64,000 nt of DNA. Source: an uncultured Gammaproteobacteria bacterium. Lineage in GTDB: Bacteria > Patescibacteriota > Microgenomatia > UBA10105 > UBA927. A model generated the notes under the pieces. That model searched no databases and had not been told where the DNA came from. It was given only the letters and a program-made list of their open reading frames with translations. Where the stretch lies: positions 15,620-79,619 of the forward strand of contig CAYNJY010000002.1 of the NCBI GenBank assembly GCA_964397755.1, in the 5' to 3' direction. Below, piece after piece: positions 45,383-55,914 of this stretch (within the stretch, counting starts at the first letter, position 1; the number at the start of each line of letters is the position of its first letter). Both the position numbers and the translations under genes were made by a program.

Positions 45383-46821
45383 GAGACATAGACATCGCAG
45401 TCATCAAGAAACGGTCAGTGAGCGGTATCCTCGCGTTAACAACGCGGACGTTTCTTCTCCAGCTCATCGCGTTTGGTGCAACATTCCTCCTTACGATCTT
45501 TCTCTCGCCGGCCGTGTTCGGCATTTTTACCGTCGTCTCTGCGGTTATTTCCTTCTTGGGGTACTTTTCGGACATCGGCCTGGCAGCAGCGCTCATTCAA
45601 AAGAAAGACGATATTAGCGACGATGATCTAAAAACGACGTTTACAATCCAGCAAACGCTGGTCGGCACAATGACCATCCTCGCTCTCGTTTTTTCGAGAA
45701 GCATAGCGTCGTTTTATCGCCTTGATACTGCAGGGTTGTGGCTGTTTCGGGCGCTGGTTTGTTCGTTTTTCCTCTCTTCTCTCAAGACAATACCGTCAGT
45801 GCTCCTTGAACGGAGACTGGAGTTTCAAAAACTTGTCATCCCAACGATCGCCGAGACATTGGGGTTCTACATTGTTGCGGTACTTCTCGCCTGGCTTGGA
45901 TGGGGCATTGCGAGTTTTACTATCGCAGTGTTAGTCCGCGGCGTTGTCGGGCTTGTGGTGATCTACTGGATTCGCCCATGGAACATACGGGTAGGCTATT
46001 CGCGCCAGTCGCTTTCTACCCTTCTTCGTTTTGGATTTCCGTTCCAGCTCAATTCGTTCCTTGCGCTTCTCAAGGATGATCTTTTGACGGTATACCTTGG
46101 AAAAATTTTGCCTTTTAGTCAGGTAGGGTACATAGGGTGGGCGAAGAAATGGGCAGAAGTGCCACTCAGGCTCATCATGGATAGCGTTATTCGAGTGACG
46201 TTCCCCGCGTTTTCGCGGCTTCAACGATCATCGAAGTATCTAGAGGCCGCCATAGAGAAGACACTCTTTGGGTTGTCTGCCTCTATTTTCCCAATCACCG
46301 TAGGCCTCCTTTTCTTCGTCGAGCCGCTTGTCGCGGTCCTGCCCAGGTACGGAAAGTGGGAGCCAGCGCTTCTCTCGTTTTATCTTTTTGCCCTCGCCTC
46401 TGCGGTTGCAAGCCTTTCAACGCCTTTGACGAATGCGCTAAACGCTGTTGGTCGTATTCGTACAACTCTTCAGCTTATGGTTGGGTGGACCGTGATTACG
46501 TGGATATTGACCGTGCTTCTTGTGCGATACATAGGATTTAACGGCGTTGCGTTGTCTTTGTTTCTTATAACCTCTAGCCTCGCGATTGTTGTCAGGCTCG
46601 TCAAGCGCGTTGTGCCATTTTCCTTCTGGCAGAGCGTCCGGATGCCACTTTTCTGTGCATCTCTCCAGGGTATCTGGTATGCTGCGATTCGAGGCCGAGT
46701 TCCTGATGCCATTGGCTGGCTTCTCCTTGTGGGCGGAAGCGGTGTTATACTCTATGGAGGGCTTCTTTGGTACCTTGAGAAGCCCCGCGTGCGTAGTCTT
46801 GTGGCGATATTTCGAACATGA
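45343..46821 (+). CDS. wzx: Wzx-like oligosaccharide flippase (MOP superfamily, polysaccharide biosynthesis protein family)
   Basis: About 12-14 TM segments with a Polysacc_synt-like N-terminal region. Confidence 0.65.
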   Translation: MATIRRKTMATPMRDIDIAVIKKRSVSGILALTTRTFLLQLIAFGATFLLTIFLSPAVFGIFTVVSAVISFLGYFSDIGLAAALIQKKDDISDDDLKTTFTIQQTLVGTMTILALVFSRSIASFYRLDTAGLWLFRALVCSFFLSSLKTIPSVLLERRLEFQKLVIPTIAETLGFYIVAVLLAWLGWGIASFTIAVLVRGVVGLVVIYWIRPWNIRVGYSRQSLSTLLRFGFPFQLNSFLALLKDDLLTVYLGKILPFSQVGYIGWAKKWAEVPLRLIMDSVIRVTFPAFSRLQRSSKYLEAAIEKTLFGLSASIFPITVGLLFFVEPLVAVLPRYGKWEPALLSFYLFALASAVASLSTPLTNALNAVGRIRTTLQLMVGWTVITWILTVLLVRYIGFNGVALSLFLITSSLAIVVRLVKRVVPFSFWQSVRMPLFCASLQGIWYAAIRGRVPDAIGWLLLVGGSGVILYGGLLWYLEKPRVRSLVAIFRT

Positions 46822-47735
46822 GATCACCAACAGTTTCTGTCGTTACGACTGCATATAACGAGGAGTCGCGCCTTTCCCGGACGCTTTCCTCGGTTTCGTC
46901 GTGGGCGGACGAAATTATAGTTGTTGACTCGTCATCGACCGACAAAACCGCGTCCGTCGCAAAAAAATTTACGGAAAAAGTGTTTCGTCAGCCCAACTAT
47001 CCGATGCTCAATAAAAACAAAAACTTTGGCTTCGGGAAGGCAACAGGAGATTGGATACTCTGTCTTGACTCGGATGAAGAGATCCCGAAAGAACTCGCCG
47101 ATGAAATACGCCTGACGATTCGGGAGGATAAGAAAAAGGCGTATGTCGGCTACTGGATCGCGCGAAAAAATATTATCTTTGGCAAGTGGATTGCACATGG
47201 AATCTGGTGGCCGGACAGACAGCTTCGATTGTTTCGACGAGCGAGTGGGAGTTTTCCGTGTAAGCATGTTCACGAGTACCTTACGGTCGACGGCCCGATG
47301 GGCGAGCTTATCGAGCCGTACATACACTATAACTATGAATCAGTCGCGCAGTATCTTCACAAGATGTCAACGATTTATACAGAGAGCGAGGTGCAAAGTC
47401 TGACCGCGTCAAACTACGTACCAGTGTGGTACGACGCCCTCAGATTTCCGATTTCTGATTTTGTAAAGATTTATTTCGCCCAGGAAGGATTCAGAGACGG
47501 TTTACACGGCCTCGTTCTTTCCCTTCTCCAGTCGTTTTATTCGTTTATTGTTTTTGCGAAGCTTTGGGAAAAGCAGAAATTTCGTGAACAGGAGATCCCG
47601 CTAGGCAAGGTCGAAAGAGAGCTCATGCAACGTGGCAAAGAGATTCACTACTGGCTACTGGCTGAAAAAATCAAGCAGGCGTCTTCACCTCTCTCTAAGA
47701 TTCTCTACAGGTTTTTGCGTCGGGTCACATCCTGA
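46818..47735 (+). CDS. GT2 glycosyltransferase
   Basis: VSVVTTAYNEE...IIVVDSSSTD...DSDE. Confidence 0.75.
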   Translation: MRSPTVSVVTTAYNEESRLSRTLSSVSSWADEIIVVDSSSTDKTASVAKKFTEKVFRQPNYPMLNKNKNFGFGKATGDWILCLDSDEEIPKELADEIRLTIREDKKKAYVGYWIARKNIIFGKWIAHGIWWPDRQLRLFRRASGSFPCKHVHEYLTVDGPMGELIEPYIHYNYESVAQYLHKMSTIYTESEVQSLTASNYVPVWYDALRFPISDFVKIYFAQEGFRDGLHGLVLSLLQSFYSFIVFAKLWEKQKFREQEIPLGKVERELMQRGKEIHYWLLAEKIKQASSPLSKILYRFLRRVTS

Positions 47736-47747
47736 AGCGTATAGATC

Positions 47748-48671
47748 ATGAAACACGTTGCCGTAGTTATTGTGAATTGGAACGGGAAAGAGGACACCGT
47801 TCTCTGCCTCTCATCGCTAAAAAAAATAAGAAAACCAGCGGTAAAACTTTCGGTTATCGTCGTTGACAATGGGTCGACAAACGACTCAGTGACGGTTATT
47901 AGGAAGGCTCATCCGTGGGTCAAGCTTATCGAGACGAGAAAAAATCTTGGGTTTACCGGCGGCAACAACGTCGGGATCAAGAAAGCGCTTGACGACGGAG
48001 CTGACTGTGTGTGGCTTCTGAATAACGACACATTGGTAGACCGGGATGTGTTGTCTGCCCTTGATGCATTTGATGATTCGACAGTTGGCCTTGTTGGCTC
48101 GAAAATTTACTTTGCTCCTGGTTACGAATACCACAAAGATCGGTATGCAACAAGTGAACGGGGACGGGTGCTTTGGTATGCCGGGGGACTCATCGATTGG
48201 TCCAATATGTACGCCTCACATCGAGGGGTAGACGAGGTAGATCGCGGGCAATACGACATAGTTGTGGAGACGCCGTTTATTACAGGTTGTTCGATGATGA
48301 TTCGCCGCGAGGTGCTTGAGCGCGTTGGGCGTCTTGATGATCGATATTATCTCTATCTTGAAGATTTTGACATGTGTCTCCGAGTGAAGCGGGCAGGATT
48401 TAAGCTCATATATTTCCCGGCATCAAAATTGTGGCATGTCAATGCTGGTTCTTCAGGAGGCGCAGGAAATCCGCTCCACGATTACTACCTTAGCCGCAAT
48501 CGGTTTCTTGTAGGGATGCGTTATGCATCGATGCGAACAAGATTTGCACTTTTGCGAGAGGCGGCACGCTTTTTCATGTTTGGGTCGCCGGTGAAGCGAA
48601 AAGCAGTTGTTGATTTTTTCTTGGGCAAATTTGGGAATCAATATGAGCCCCAAAAATTCACTCGTCAGTAG
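47748..48671 (+). CDS. GT2 glycosyltransferase (rhamnosyltransferase-like)
   Basis: VAVVIVNWNG...VVDNGSTD...DxD. Confidence 0.75.
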   Translation: MKHVAVVIVNWNGKEDTVLCLSSLKKIRKPAVKLSVIVVDNGSTNDSVTVIRKAHPWVKLIETRKNLGFTGGNNVGIKKALDDGADCVWLLNNDTLVDRDVLSALDAFDDSTVGLVGSKIYFAPGYEYHKDRYATSERGRVLWYAGGLIDWSNMYASHRGVDEVDRGQYDIVVETPFITGCSMMIRREVLERVGRLDDRYYLYLEDFDMCLRVKRAGFKLIYFPASKLWHVNAGSSGGAGNPLHDYYLSRNRFLVGMRYASMRTRFALLREAARFFMFGSPVKRKAVVDFFLGKFGNQYEPQKFTRQ

Positions 48672-49422
48672 TGTCGTGATCGCAAGGAATGAGGGGACTC
48701 GTATCGGCGAGTGCCTGCGAGCGTTGTCGTGGTGCAATGAGATGGTTGTGATTGATAACGGTTCAACAGATGAAACAGTAACGCTGGCAAAAAAGCATGG
48801 AGCCAGAGTTGTGTCTGCCAAAGAGATGAATTTTAGTGAACTACGCAATCGGGGAAAAGAAGAGACGCATGGAGAGTGGATTCTCTACGTTGACGCTGAC
48901 GAAATTGTGACGCCTGCGCTTCGGGATGAAATTCAAGGACTTGTGCGATTGTTTGATAGAGTAACCTTTGCGCAGAGCTACTTTATTAAGCGCAAGAATA
49001 TCTACCTCGGCCATCTATGGCCGTATCAGGATAAAATGAAACGACTTTTTTGGAGGAATGCCCTTACGCGGTGGAACGGAGAGCTGCACGAGACAGCCAC
49101 GGTCACTGGATCAGTCGGGACTTTGCAAAACCCATTGATTCATACGACGCATCGGACACTTGAGGAGATGGTCGCCAAAACCAACGAGTGGTCGAAGATT
49201 GAAGCAAAGCTCCGACTAGACGCGCAGCACCCTACAGTTGTCCCGTGGCGATTACTACGCGTGATGGCAACTGCGTTTTTTGATCCGTTTATCCGCCAAG
49301 GAGGATGGCGCGCGGGTACTATCGGTTGGATCGAGAGTATCTACCAAGCTTTTAGCATATTTATTACCTATGCAAAGTTGTGGGAGCTTCAGAACAAAGA
49401 CACTAAGACGGTAAGACACTAA
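48643..49422 (+). CDS. GT2 glycosyltransferase
   Basis: VSSVVIARNE...VIDNGSTDET...DADE. ATG at 48643. Confidence 0.7.
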   Translation: MSPKNSLVSSVVIARNEGTRIGECLRALSWCNEMVVIDNGSTDETVTLAKKHGARVVSAKEMNFSELRNRGKEETHGEWILYVDADEIVTPALRDEIQGLVRLFDRVTFAQSYFIKRKNIYLGHLWPYQDKMKRLFWRNALTRWNGELHETATVTGSVGTLQNPLIHTTHRTLEEMVAKTNEWSKIEAKLRLDAQHPTVVPWRLLRVMATAFFDPFIRQGGWRAGTIGWIESIYQAFSIFITYAKLWELQNKDTKTVRH

Positions 49423-49434
49423 GACGGTAAGACA
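49399..49434 (+). repeat. 16-bp tandem duplication (gacactaagacggtaa x2.25) spanning the stop codon of the GT2 gene and the RBS region of the following yfhO
   Basis: Direct repeat read off the sequence. The second copy supplies the TAA stop at 49420-22. Confidence 0.6.
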
Positions 49435-49436
49435 AA

Positions 49437-51707
49437 ATGAAACGACTCCATACTTGGTGGCCCGTGGGATTTATTTTGGCCGTGTGGTTCCTTTTTGCTT
49501 CTCCCTATTTTTTAAAGGGGTTGGTGCCGTTTCCGTCTAAATATCTCGTGACGTTTTTTCCTCCGTGGAATGCAGCCTACGGCATGCCGGTAAAAAATAA
49601 TGCCATGCCGGATGTCATCACACAAGTTTATCCATGGAAGAAGTTAACTATAGAGACATGGAAAATGGGGCAAGTTCCTTTATGGAACCCATATAGCTTT
49701 GCAGGAACACCACATCTGGCTAACTACCAATCTGCAGTGCTCTCACCTTTTAACCTACTCTTTTTTGTTTTCTCAGAGATAGATGCATGGAGTCTTCTCG
49801 TCCTTTTGCAACCATTGCTCGCTGGGATTTTTATGTACATGTTCCTTAGGGAACTCGGCCGGTCTGATGTCGGTAGCACCATAGGCAGTATGGCATTCAT
49901 GTTCTGCGGATTCATCGTCGTCTGGATGGCGTATGGGACGCTTGGCTACGCCGCACTCTGGCTGCCGTTTATTTTGTGGGCAATGCACAGGAATAAGGGG
50001 TTACTGGTAAGTGTTGGTCTTGCACTGTCGTTTTTTTCAGGGCATTTTCAGATAAGCATCTATGTCGCCGCTCTTTCTTTGGCGTACGCACTCTTTCTCG
50101 GGTGGAAAAAGTACATAGTTTTTTGGCTTGCTGGGATACTTTTTGCCATGCCGCAGATACTTCCCGCATATGAAGCTTACGGGAATACAGTGCGCAGTGG
50201 AAGTTTCGCAAAGGGAGAAATTATTCCTTGGCAATACCTTATAACACTTTTTGCTCCGGATTTTTACGGCAATCCGGTCACGAGGAACGATTGGTTCGGC
50301 CACTACGCGGAATGGGCAGGCTTTATCGGTGTCATCCCGCTGGTTTTTGCTATCTATTCTATAATCTCAAAGAAAACGAAGCAGGAGATTTTTTTTGTTG
50401 CTGCCGCACTTCTCTCACTGTTGTTGGCTCTCCCGACGCCGCTCACCAGCCTCCTTTTTGCGTTGAAGCTTCCAGCTCTTTCAACCAGCGCTGCGGCGCG
50501 AATCATCGTCATCACGAGTTTTTCACTTTGCGTCCTTGCCTCTTTCGGTTTAGATCGACTGCTATCTGAATGGAAGAAGCGCGACCAAAAGAACATTCGC
50601 TTTTTGAGTTTTCTCACTGTCATATTTCTTCTTTTTGCGTGGGGAGCCTTGCTCGGATTTACCATTCTTCCAGTGGATAAGCTCGTTGTGGCGAAACGCA
50701 ATTTTCTGTTGCCAAGCGCATTTCTCATGGCCGCGATATTTCTCTTTTGGAGCGGCTTGCTCTTCAAGGGCCACCTTCGAAAAATCGCTTTAGGATTTTT
50801 ACTGGGGTTAACAGCTTTCGATATGCTTCGCTTCGCCGGCAAGTGGATGCCGTTTGACCCTCGAGAGTACGTATACCCGCAGATGCCGGCCATCGAGTTT
50901 CTTCAGAAAAACGGGAGGAAGTCTCGAGTATTCGGCAATGTCGGTAATGAGCTCGCAACGACCTTCGGCGTTCCTTTGCTTGAGGGCTACGACCCCCTCT
51001 ACCCACGGCGCTACGGTGAATTTATATCTGCACTTTCAAACGGGTCTGTCGGTGAACTCGCTCGTTCCGTTGTGGCAGTAGATAAGCATGGCAAATATAC
51101 AGAGGATGCGTTCCAACTTTTGGGAGTCCGATATGTGCTCCACCGTATAAGCGACGCTAGAAATATTTGGGCGTATCCCGTATGGAATTATCCACACTAT
51201 ACTTCTGTATACAAAGACGAGCATTTCGAGGTGTTTGAGAATACGAAGTCATATCCTCGGGCATTTCTCGCATCAGCGTATAGACGTGCTTCCTCGGGTA
51301 GCGATATTCTTCAAGCACTCTTTGACTCAGCAACAAACCGCCGAGAGACGCTGGTACTTGAAGAAGAGCCAGAAAGAGAGCCACAGGAGGGAGAAGGGGT
51401 CGTCGAGATTGTCGGCTATGAACCAACACGTGTTACTATTCGCGTACACACAGCAGTCCCCAAGCTCCTTTTCCTTTCCGATGCATATCACGATGGATGG
51501 AAGGTGTTTGTGGACCGGTCACCCGCGAAACTTCTTCGAGCAGATTATGTTTTTCGCGCGGTGTCTGTGCCAGAAGGAGAGCATACAGTAGTCTTTTCCT
51601 ATCAGCCGAGGAGTCTTCGGATCGGAATCGTCATTGCGACCTTGGTTGGTTTCATGTTTATGCTCGGTAGTGTCCGGAAAATTCTCTATGACCATCGGTT
51701 TTCATAA
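49437..51707 (+). CDS. YfhO-family GT-C membrane glycosyltransferase (copy 1)
   Basis: An N-terminal YPWKK...GQVPLWNPYSFAGTPHLANYQSAVLSPFN YfhO motif and a C-terminal YHDGWKVFVD...VPEGEHTV motif. Confidence 0.75.
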   Translation: MKRLHTWWPVGFILAVWFLFASPYFLKGLVPFPSKYLVTFFPPWNAAYGMPVKNNAMPDVITQVYPWKKLTIETWKMGQVPLWNPYSFAGTPHLANYQSAVLSPFNLLFFVFSEIDAWSLLVLLQPLLAGIFMYMFLRELGRSDVGSTIGSMAFMFCGFIVVWMAYGTLGYAALWLPFILWAMHRNKGLLVSVGLALSFFSGHFQISIYVAALSLAYALFLGWKKYIVFWLAGILFAMPQILPAYEAYGNTVRSGSFAKGEIIPWQYLITLFAPDFYGNPVTRNDWFGHYAEWAGFIGVIPLVFAIYSIISKKTKQEIFFVAAALLSLLLALPTPLTSLLFALKLPALSTSAAARIIVITSFSLCVLASFGLDRLLSEWKKRDQKNIRFLSFLTVIFLLFAWGALLGFTILPVDKLVVAKRNFLLPSAFLMAAIFLFWSGLLFKGHLRKIALGFLLGLTAFDMLRFAGKWMPFDPREYVYPQMPAIEFLQKNGRKSRVFGNVGNELATTFGVPLLEGYDPLYPRRYGEFISALSNGSVGELARSVVAVDKHGKYTEDAFQLLGVRYVLHRISDARNIWAYPVWNYPHYTSVYKDEHFEVFENTKSYPRAFLASAYRRASSGSDILQALFDSATNRRETLVLEEEPEREPQEGEGVVEIVGYEPTRVTIRVHTAVPKLLFLSDAYHDGWKVFVDRSPAKLLRADYVFRAVSVPEGEHTVVFSYQPRSLRIGIVIATLVGFMFMLGSVRKILYDHRFS

Positions 51708-52725
51708 TCCTTACCTTGACGGATTTGGCGGAGGTGAGCGCTATACGCTCTCGCTTGCCTCTCATTGGTCGAAGAACCACGCGGTGGTTCTTTTTTGGGA
51801 CAGCGATGCGATACGAGAAGAAGCTAAAGTAAGATTCAATATTGATCTTTCGAGGGTAAAAACTACTCAAAATATTTTTAGAGGAAAGAATTTGTTCAGA
51901 AAACTCTTTTTGACACGAAAATATGACCTTATTTTTTTCCTGAGCGATGGCAGTATACCCATGAGTTTAGCCCACGGGAACATTCTCCATTTCCAAGTTC
52001 CGTTTGAACGCATTGAAACAAACCCATTGAAAGTATCTCGGTATCAAGCTGTTGTATGCAATTCGTTCTTCACCAGGAAACACCTTGACCAGCGTCTTTC
52101 TCGCAAGTCGATTGTTATTTACCCGCCTGTTTCTGTGAAAAACATACGTCCCCAAAAGAAAGAATCAATCATTCTCTCTGTCGGAAGATTCAACCGTTCA
52201 AAAAAACTAGACGTACTTATCGATGCTTTTGCAAAAGGTTATGAGCGCGGTTTTCTCAAAGGGTGGCGCTTACTCCTGGTTGGCGGATTGTTGCCATCTG
52301 ATGAGGAATATTTCCAAGCGCTCAAGACCAATGCGAGGAGTCTGCCCATTGAGTTCCTGCCTAATATACCCAACGATCAACTCGCTCCGTTATACGGGAA
52401 AACGTCTCTCTATTGGCACGCGACGGGGCAGAACGAAACGGACCCTCAGCGTATGGAGCATTTTGGCATCTCGACAGTAGAGGCCATGGCAGCAGGCTGT
52501 ATTCCCGTTGTCTTTCGTGGTGGAGGTTTACCAGAGATTGTAACTCATGGTAAAAACGGTTTCCTCTGGAAACGCGTGGAGGAGTTCTTGGACATGACAA
52601 AAATAGCTTTAGAAGATAATCCAAGAACACGCTCACTGCGAAGAGAAGCGCAACAACGGGCTCGAGATTTTGATGAAACAATATTTTTTGAAACGTTTGA
52701 TACGTTATTAGAGAAAATTGTTTGA
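51688..52725 (+). CDS. Family GT4 (GT-B) glycosyltransferase
   Basis: GFGGGERY at the N-terminus and an EX7E-type C-terminus. ATG at 51688. Confidence 0.7.
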   Translation: MTIGFHNPYLDGFGGGERYTLSLASHWSKNHAVVLFWDSDAIREEAKVRFNIDLSRVKTTQNIFRGKNLFRKLFLTRKYDLIFFLSDGSIPMSLAHGNILHFQVPFERIETNPLKVSRYQAVVCNSFFTRKHLDQRLSRKSIVIYPPVSVKNIRPQKKESIILSVGRFNRSKKLDVLIDAFAKGYERGFLKGWRLLLVGGLLPSDEEYFQALKTNARSLPIEFLPNIPNDQLAPLYGKTSLYWHATGQNETDPQRMEHFGISTVEAMAAGCIPVVFRGGGLPEIVTHGKNGFLWKRVEEFLDMTKIALEDNPRTRSLRREAQQRARDFDETIFFETFDTLLEKIV

Positions 52726-52729
52726 GCGT

Positions 52730-54976
52730 ATGAAGACACGTCGTCGAGAGATTTGGTGGTTTGTGATATTGGTTGGGGTCGTTGGGGTATTCTTTTGGCA
52801 GACACTTTTCTACGGACGACTGCCGGTGCCAAGCGATGCGCTCGTCGGTCTCTATCATCCATGGCGTGATCTTTACGCCGAGTCGTACCCACGCGGCATT
52901 CCTTTTAAAAACTTTCTCATTACCGATCCCGTGCGTCAACAGATCCCATGGCGTAAAATAGCAATTGACCAATGGAAGGATGCGAACCTTCCATGGTGGA
53001 ACCCGTATACTTTTTCTGGTACGCCGCTTGCGGCAAATATACAGGCAGGAGCATTTTATCCTCTCAATATTCTCTTTTTTCTTTTCTCATTTCCGGTTGC
53101 TTGGACCATCCTTATTATGCTGCAGCCTTTGCTTTCTGGAGCCTTTTTGTTTTTCTATCTCCGTTCGCACAGACTCAGTCCGATAGCGAGCGTATTCGGT
53201 GCACTCGCGTGGGCGTTTGGAGGGTTCTCAGTTGCTTGGTTGACGTGGGGGACCATGGTGCATGTTATGGCATGGCTTCCCCTGGTGCTCTTGGCAATCG
53301 ATCGAGTGATTGAAGGAAAAAAGCGACAGAAATGGACGTTGGTATTGAGTGGAGCGATAGCGATGTCACTCTTTGCCGGGCACAGCCAGATATTTCTCTA
53401 CGTTGTCTTGGTTACGGTGGGTTATGGCATCTGGAGACTGCGGAACCAAGCACAAAAATTACGCAGTGTTTCAAGAAAGTGGTTGGTTATCGCGCTCCTT
53501 GGGGCGGTACTCATGACGGCGATCCAATGGGTTCCCTTGCTGTCATTTTTGCCGGAGACTTCAAGGCTTGCGGATGGGCAGACATGGCAGAAAGCCGGCT
53601 GGTTCATCCCATGGAAGCATCTCGTGCAGTTTGTAGCTCCGGACTTCTTTGGTAATCCAACAACGCTAAACTATTGGGGCGAGTGGAATTATGGAGAGTT
53701 CATCGGGTATATCGGGGTTATTCCACTTCTGTTTGCTGTTGCCGCGATGAGGATCAAAGCACGCATGCCTCGGTTTTGGTTGTGGGTTCTTGGAATTTCC
53801 CTTCTTTTCGCTTTGCCTACACCGGTTGCCAAACTGCCATACATACTCAAGATTCCGGTTCTGTCCTCACTCCAACCCACGAGACTCCTTTCCATTGCGT
53901 CATTTTCAGTGGCAATTTTTGCATCCTTTGGACTTGATGCATGGCTGAAAGGAAAAAAGCGAGTATGGTGGCCGGTAATTTTTCTTGCACTCTTTTTTAG
54001 CGGCTTGTGGTGCATTGTCTTGTTTGGTTCACACATCGGAATTAGCGTACTACCTGAGAATTTAGAAGTAGCTAAACGAAATCTTATTTTGCCAACCGCG
54101 CTCTTCGTCGGAGGAACCACAGTGTATCTGCTTGGTTCGCTCAAGAAGTTTCGATACATTTGCGTCGTTGTGCTTCTTGTTCTTTCTGTTTTTGACCTTC
54201 TCCGTTTTGGTTGGAAGTTCACACCATTTACAGACGTCAAATACTTTTTTCCAACGACGAATGTTATCGAATTTTTACAACATCAACCTAAGCCATTTCG
54301 CGTGATGAGTTTAGATGATCGGTTGTTTCCTCCCAATGCATCGGCATACTACGGGTTAGAATCGATTGAGGGGTATGACCCCATCTATAGCCGTTCATAC
54401 GAAGAATTTATCGCTTCATCCGAACGAGGAAGGCCGGACACCACTCCTCCGTATGGATTTAATCGGATTATTACTCCTCAGAATATCGATTCTCCACTCA
54501 TCCCGCTTCTCAATGTGCGTTATGTCTTAAGTCTCGTTGATATTGAGCGCCCATATTTGCGCAAAGTATTTGAGGAAGGAGAAACAAGAGTCTACGAGGA
54601 TGTTCGTGCCGTTGGGCGAGCTTATTTTGTTGAAAAAGTGATCTACGAACATGATAGTCAAAAAATCTTAGAGCATTTGTTTGACAAAGACCTTACGCCC
54701 ATGGAGCTCGCTTTTGTTCAAAAGCCACTTTCTCTTTTGTCAGTCCCTCTCATGCTAAGCGAACATGTGGTTATCGATGAGTACAACTCGAACACGATTC
54801 GCCTCGGCGTTCAGGCAGAAAATACACGTTTTCTCCTGATCTCGAATATCTACGATTCCAATTGGAACGCGTATATAGACGGGAAAGCGACAGATATCAT
54901 TCGTGCGAACTATATCTTTCAAGGCCTCGTTGTGCAGGAAGGCAAGCACGAGATCGTCTTGCGATACCGTGGGTAA
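52730..54976 (+). CDS. YfhO-family GT-C membrane glycosyltransferase (copy 2)
   Basis: YHPWRD...ANLPWWNPYTFSGTPLAANIQAGAFYPLN at the N-terminus and YDSNWNAYIDG...VQEGKHEI at the C-terminus. Confidence 0.75.
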   Translation: MKTRRREIWWFVILVGVVGVFFWQTLFYGRLPVPSDALVGLYHPWRDLYAESYPRGIPFKNFLITDPVRQQIPWRKIAIDQWKDANLPWWNPYTFSGTPLAANIQAGAFYPLNILFFLFSFPVAWTILIMLQPLLSGAFLFFYLRSHRLSPIASVFGALAWAFGGFSVAWLTWGTMVHVMAWLPLVLLAIDRVIEGKKRQKWTLVLSGAIAMSLFAGHSQIFLYVVLVTVGYGIWRLRNQAQKLRSVSRKWLVIALLGAVLMTAIQWVPLLSFLPETSRLADGQTWQKAGWFIPWKHLVQFVAPDFFGNPTTLNYWGEWNYGEFIGYIGVIPLLFAVAAMRIKARMPRFWLWVLGISLLFALPTPVAKLPYILKIPVLSSLQPTRLLSIASFSVAIFASFGLDAWLKGKKRVWWPVIFLALFFSGLWCIVLFGSHIGISVLPENLEVAKRNLILPTALFVGGTTVYLLGSLKKFRYICVVVLLVLSVFDLLRFGWKFTPFTDVKYFFPTTNVIEFLQHQPKPFRVMSLDDRLFPPNASAYYGLESIEGYDPIYSRSYEEFIASSERGRPDTTPPYGFNRIITPQNIDSPLIPLLNVRYVLSLVDIERPYLRKVFEEGETRVYEDVRAVGRAYFVEKVIYEHDSQKILEHLFDKDLTPMELAFVQKPLSLLSVPLMLSEHVVIDEYNSNTIRLGVQAENTRFLLISNIYDSNWNAYIDGKATDIIRANYIFQGLVVQEGKHEIVLRYRG

Positions 54977-55002
54977 CGTGATACGCTCGAACGCGTTTTT
55001 GT

Positions 55003-55914
55003 ATGACAAATAAACCAAGTGTTAGTGTCGTTATTCCGAACTGGAATGGTGTGTACCTCATGAAAAAGCACCTGTCGAAGGTAATCGCAACTGTTCCTGG
55101 TGCAGAGGTAATTGTCAGTGATGATGCCTCACGTGATGGTTCGGTTGAGTGGCTGCGGAAAAACTTTCCAAATGTTAAGGTCGTAGCGAATAAAGATCGT
55201 CAGGGTTTTGCCGGCAACGTCAATCGGGGGGTCGCCTACGCAATAGGCGATATTATTATACTTCTCAATACAGATGTTGAGCCGGAGGTAGGATTTCTCG
55301 CGCCACTTCTGAAACATTTTTCCGACAAGAGCGTCTTTGCCGTTGGATGCCTGGAAAAAAGTTACGAACATGACGGCGTCGTCCTTCGAGGGCGGGGAGA
55401 GGCGAGATGGAGAAAAGGTTTGTTTGTACACTCTCGGGGAGACGTTGGTAAGACCGATACTGCATGGGTATCGGGAGGAAGTGGGGCATTTCGTAAATGG
55501 ATATGGGATGAGCTTGGCGGCATGGATCCACTGTTTAATCCTTTTTACTGGGAAGACATAGATCTTTCCTATCGGGCGCTCAAAGCTGGCTACAAACTTG
55601 TTTTTGAGCCAAAAAGTATCATTGGACACTACCATGAGGAAGGAAAAATTAAGCGCGAGTTTACTCCGGAAGAGGTCAAGCGCATAGCATACCGCAATCA
55701 ATTTACGTTTATTTGGAAAAACCTTTCCGATCCGTTGACACTCCTCGCGCACTGTCTCTTGACACCAATACGATTGGTGCGGGCGATGGTAGGAAGAGAC
55801 ATCCTTCTCTTCCAAGGATACCTTGCTGCTCTTTGGCAATTGCCAAAGATCCTTCGTTCTCGCAGGAACTCGCAAAGGTTTTGGCGGCGGAGGGATCGGG
55901 AGTTGTTCGGATGA
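55003..55914 (+). CDS. GT2 glycosyltransferase
   Basis: VSVVIPNWNG...VSDDASRD...DxD. Confidence 0.75.
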   Translation: MTNKPSVSVVIPNWNGVYLMKKHLSKVIATVPGAEVIVSDDASRDGSVEWLRKNFPNVKVVANKDRQGFAGNVNRGVAYAIGDIIILLNTDVEPEVGFLAPLLKHFSDKSVFAVGCLEKSYEHDGVVLRGRGEARWRKGLFVHSRGDVGKTDTAWVSGGSGAFRKWIWDELGGMDPLFNPFYWEDIDLSYRALKAGYKLVFEPKSIIGHYHEEGKIKREFTPEEVKRIAYRNQFTFIWKNLSDPLTLLAHCLLTPIRLVRAMVGRDILLFQGYLAALWQLPKILRSRRNSQRFWRRRDRELFG

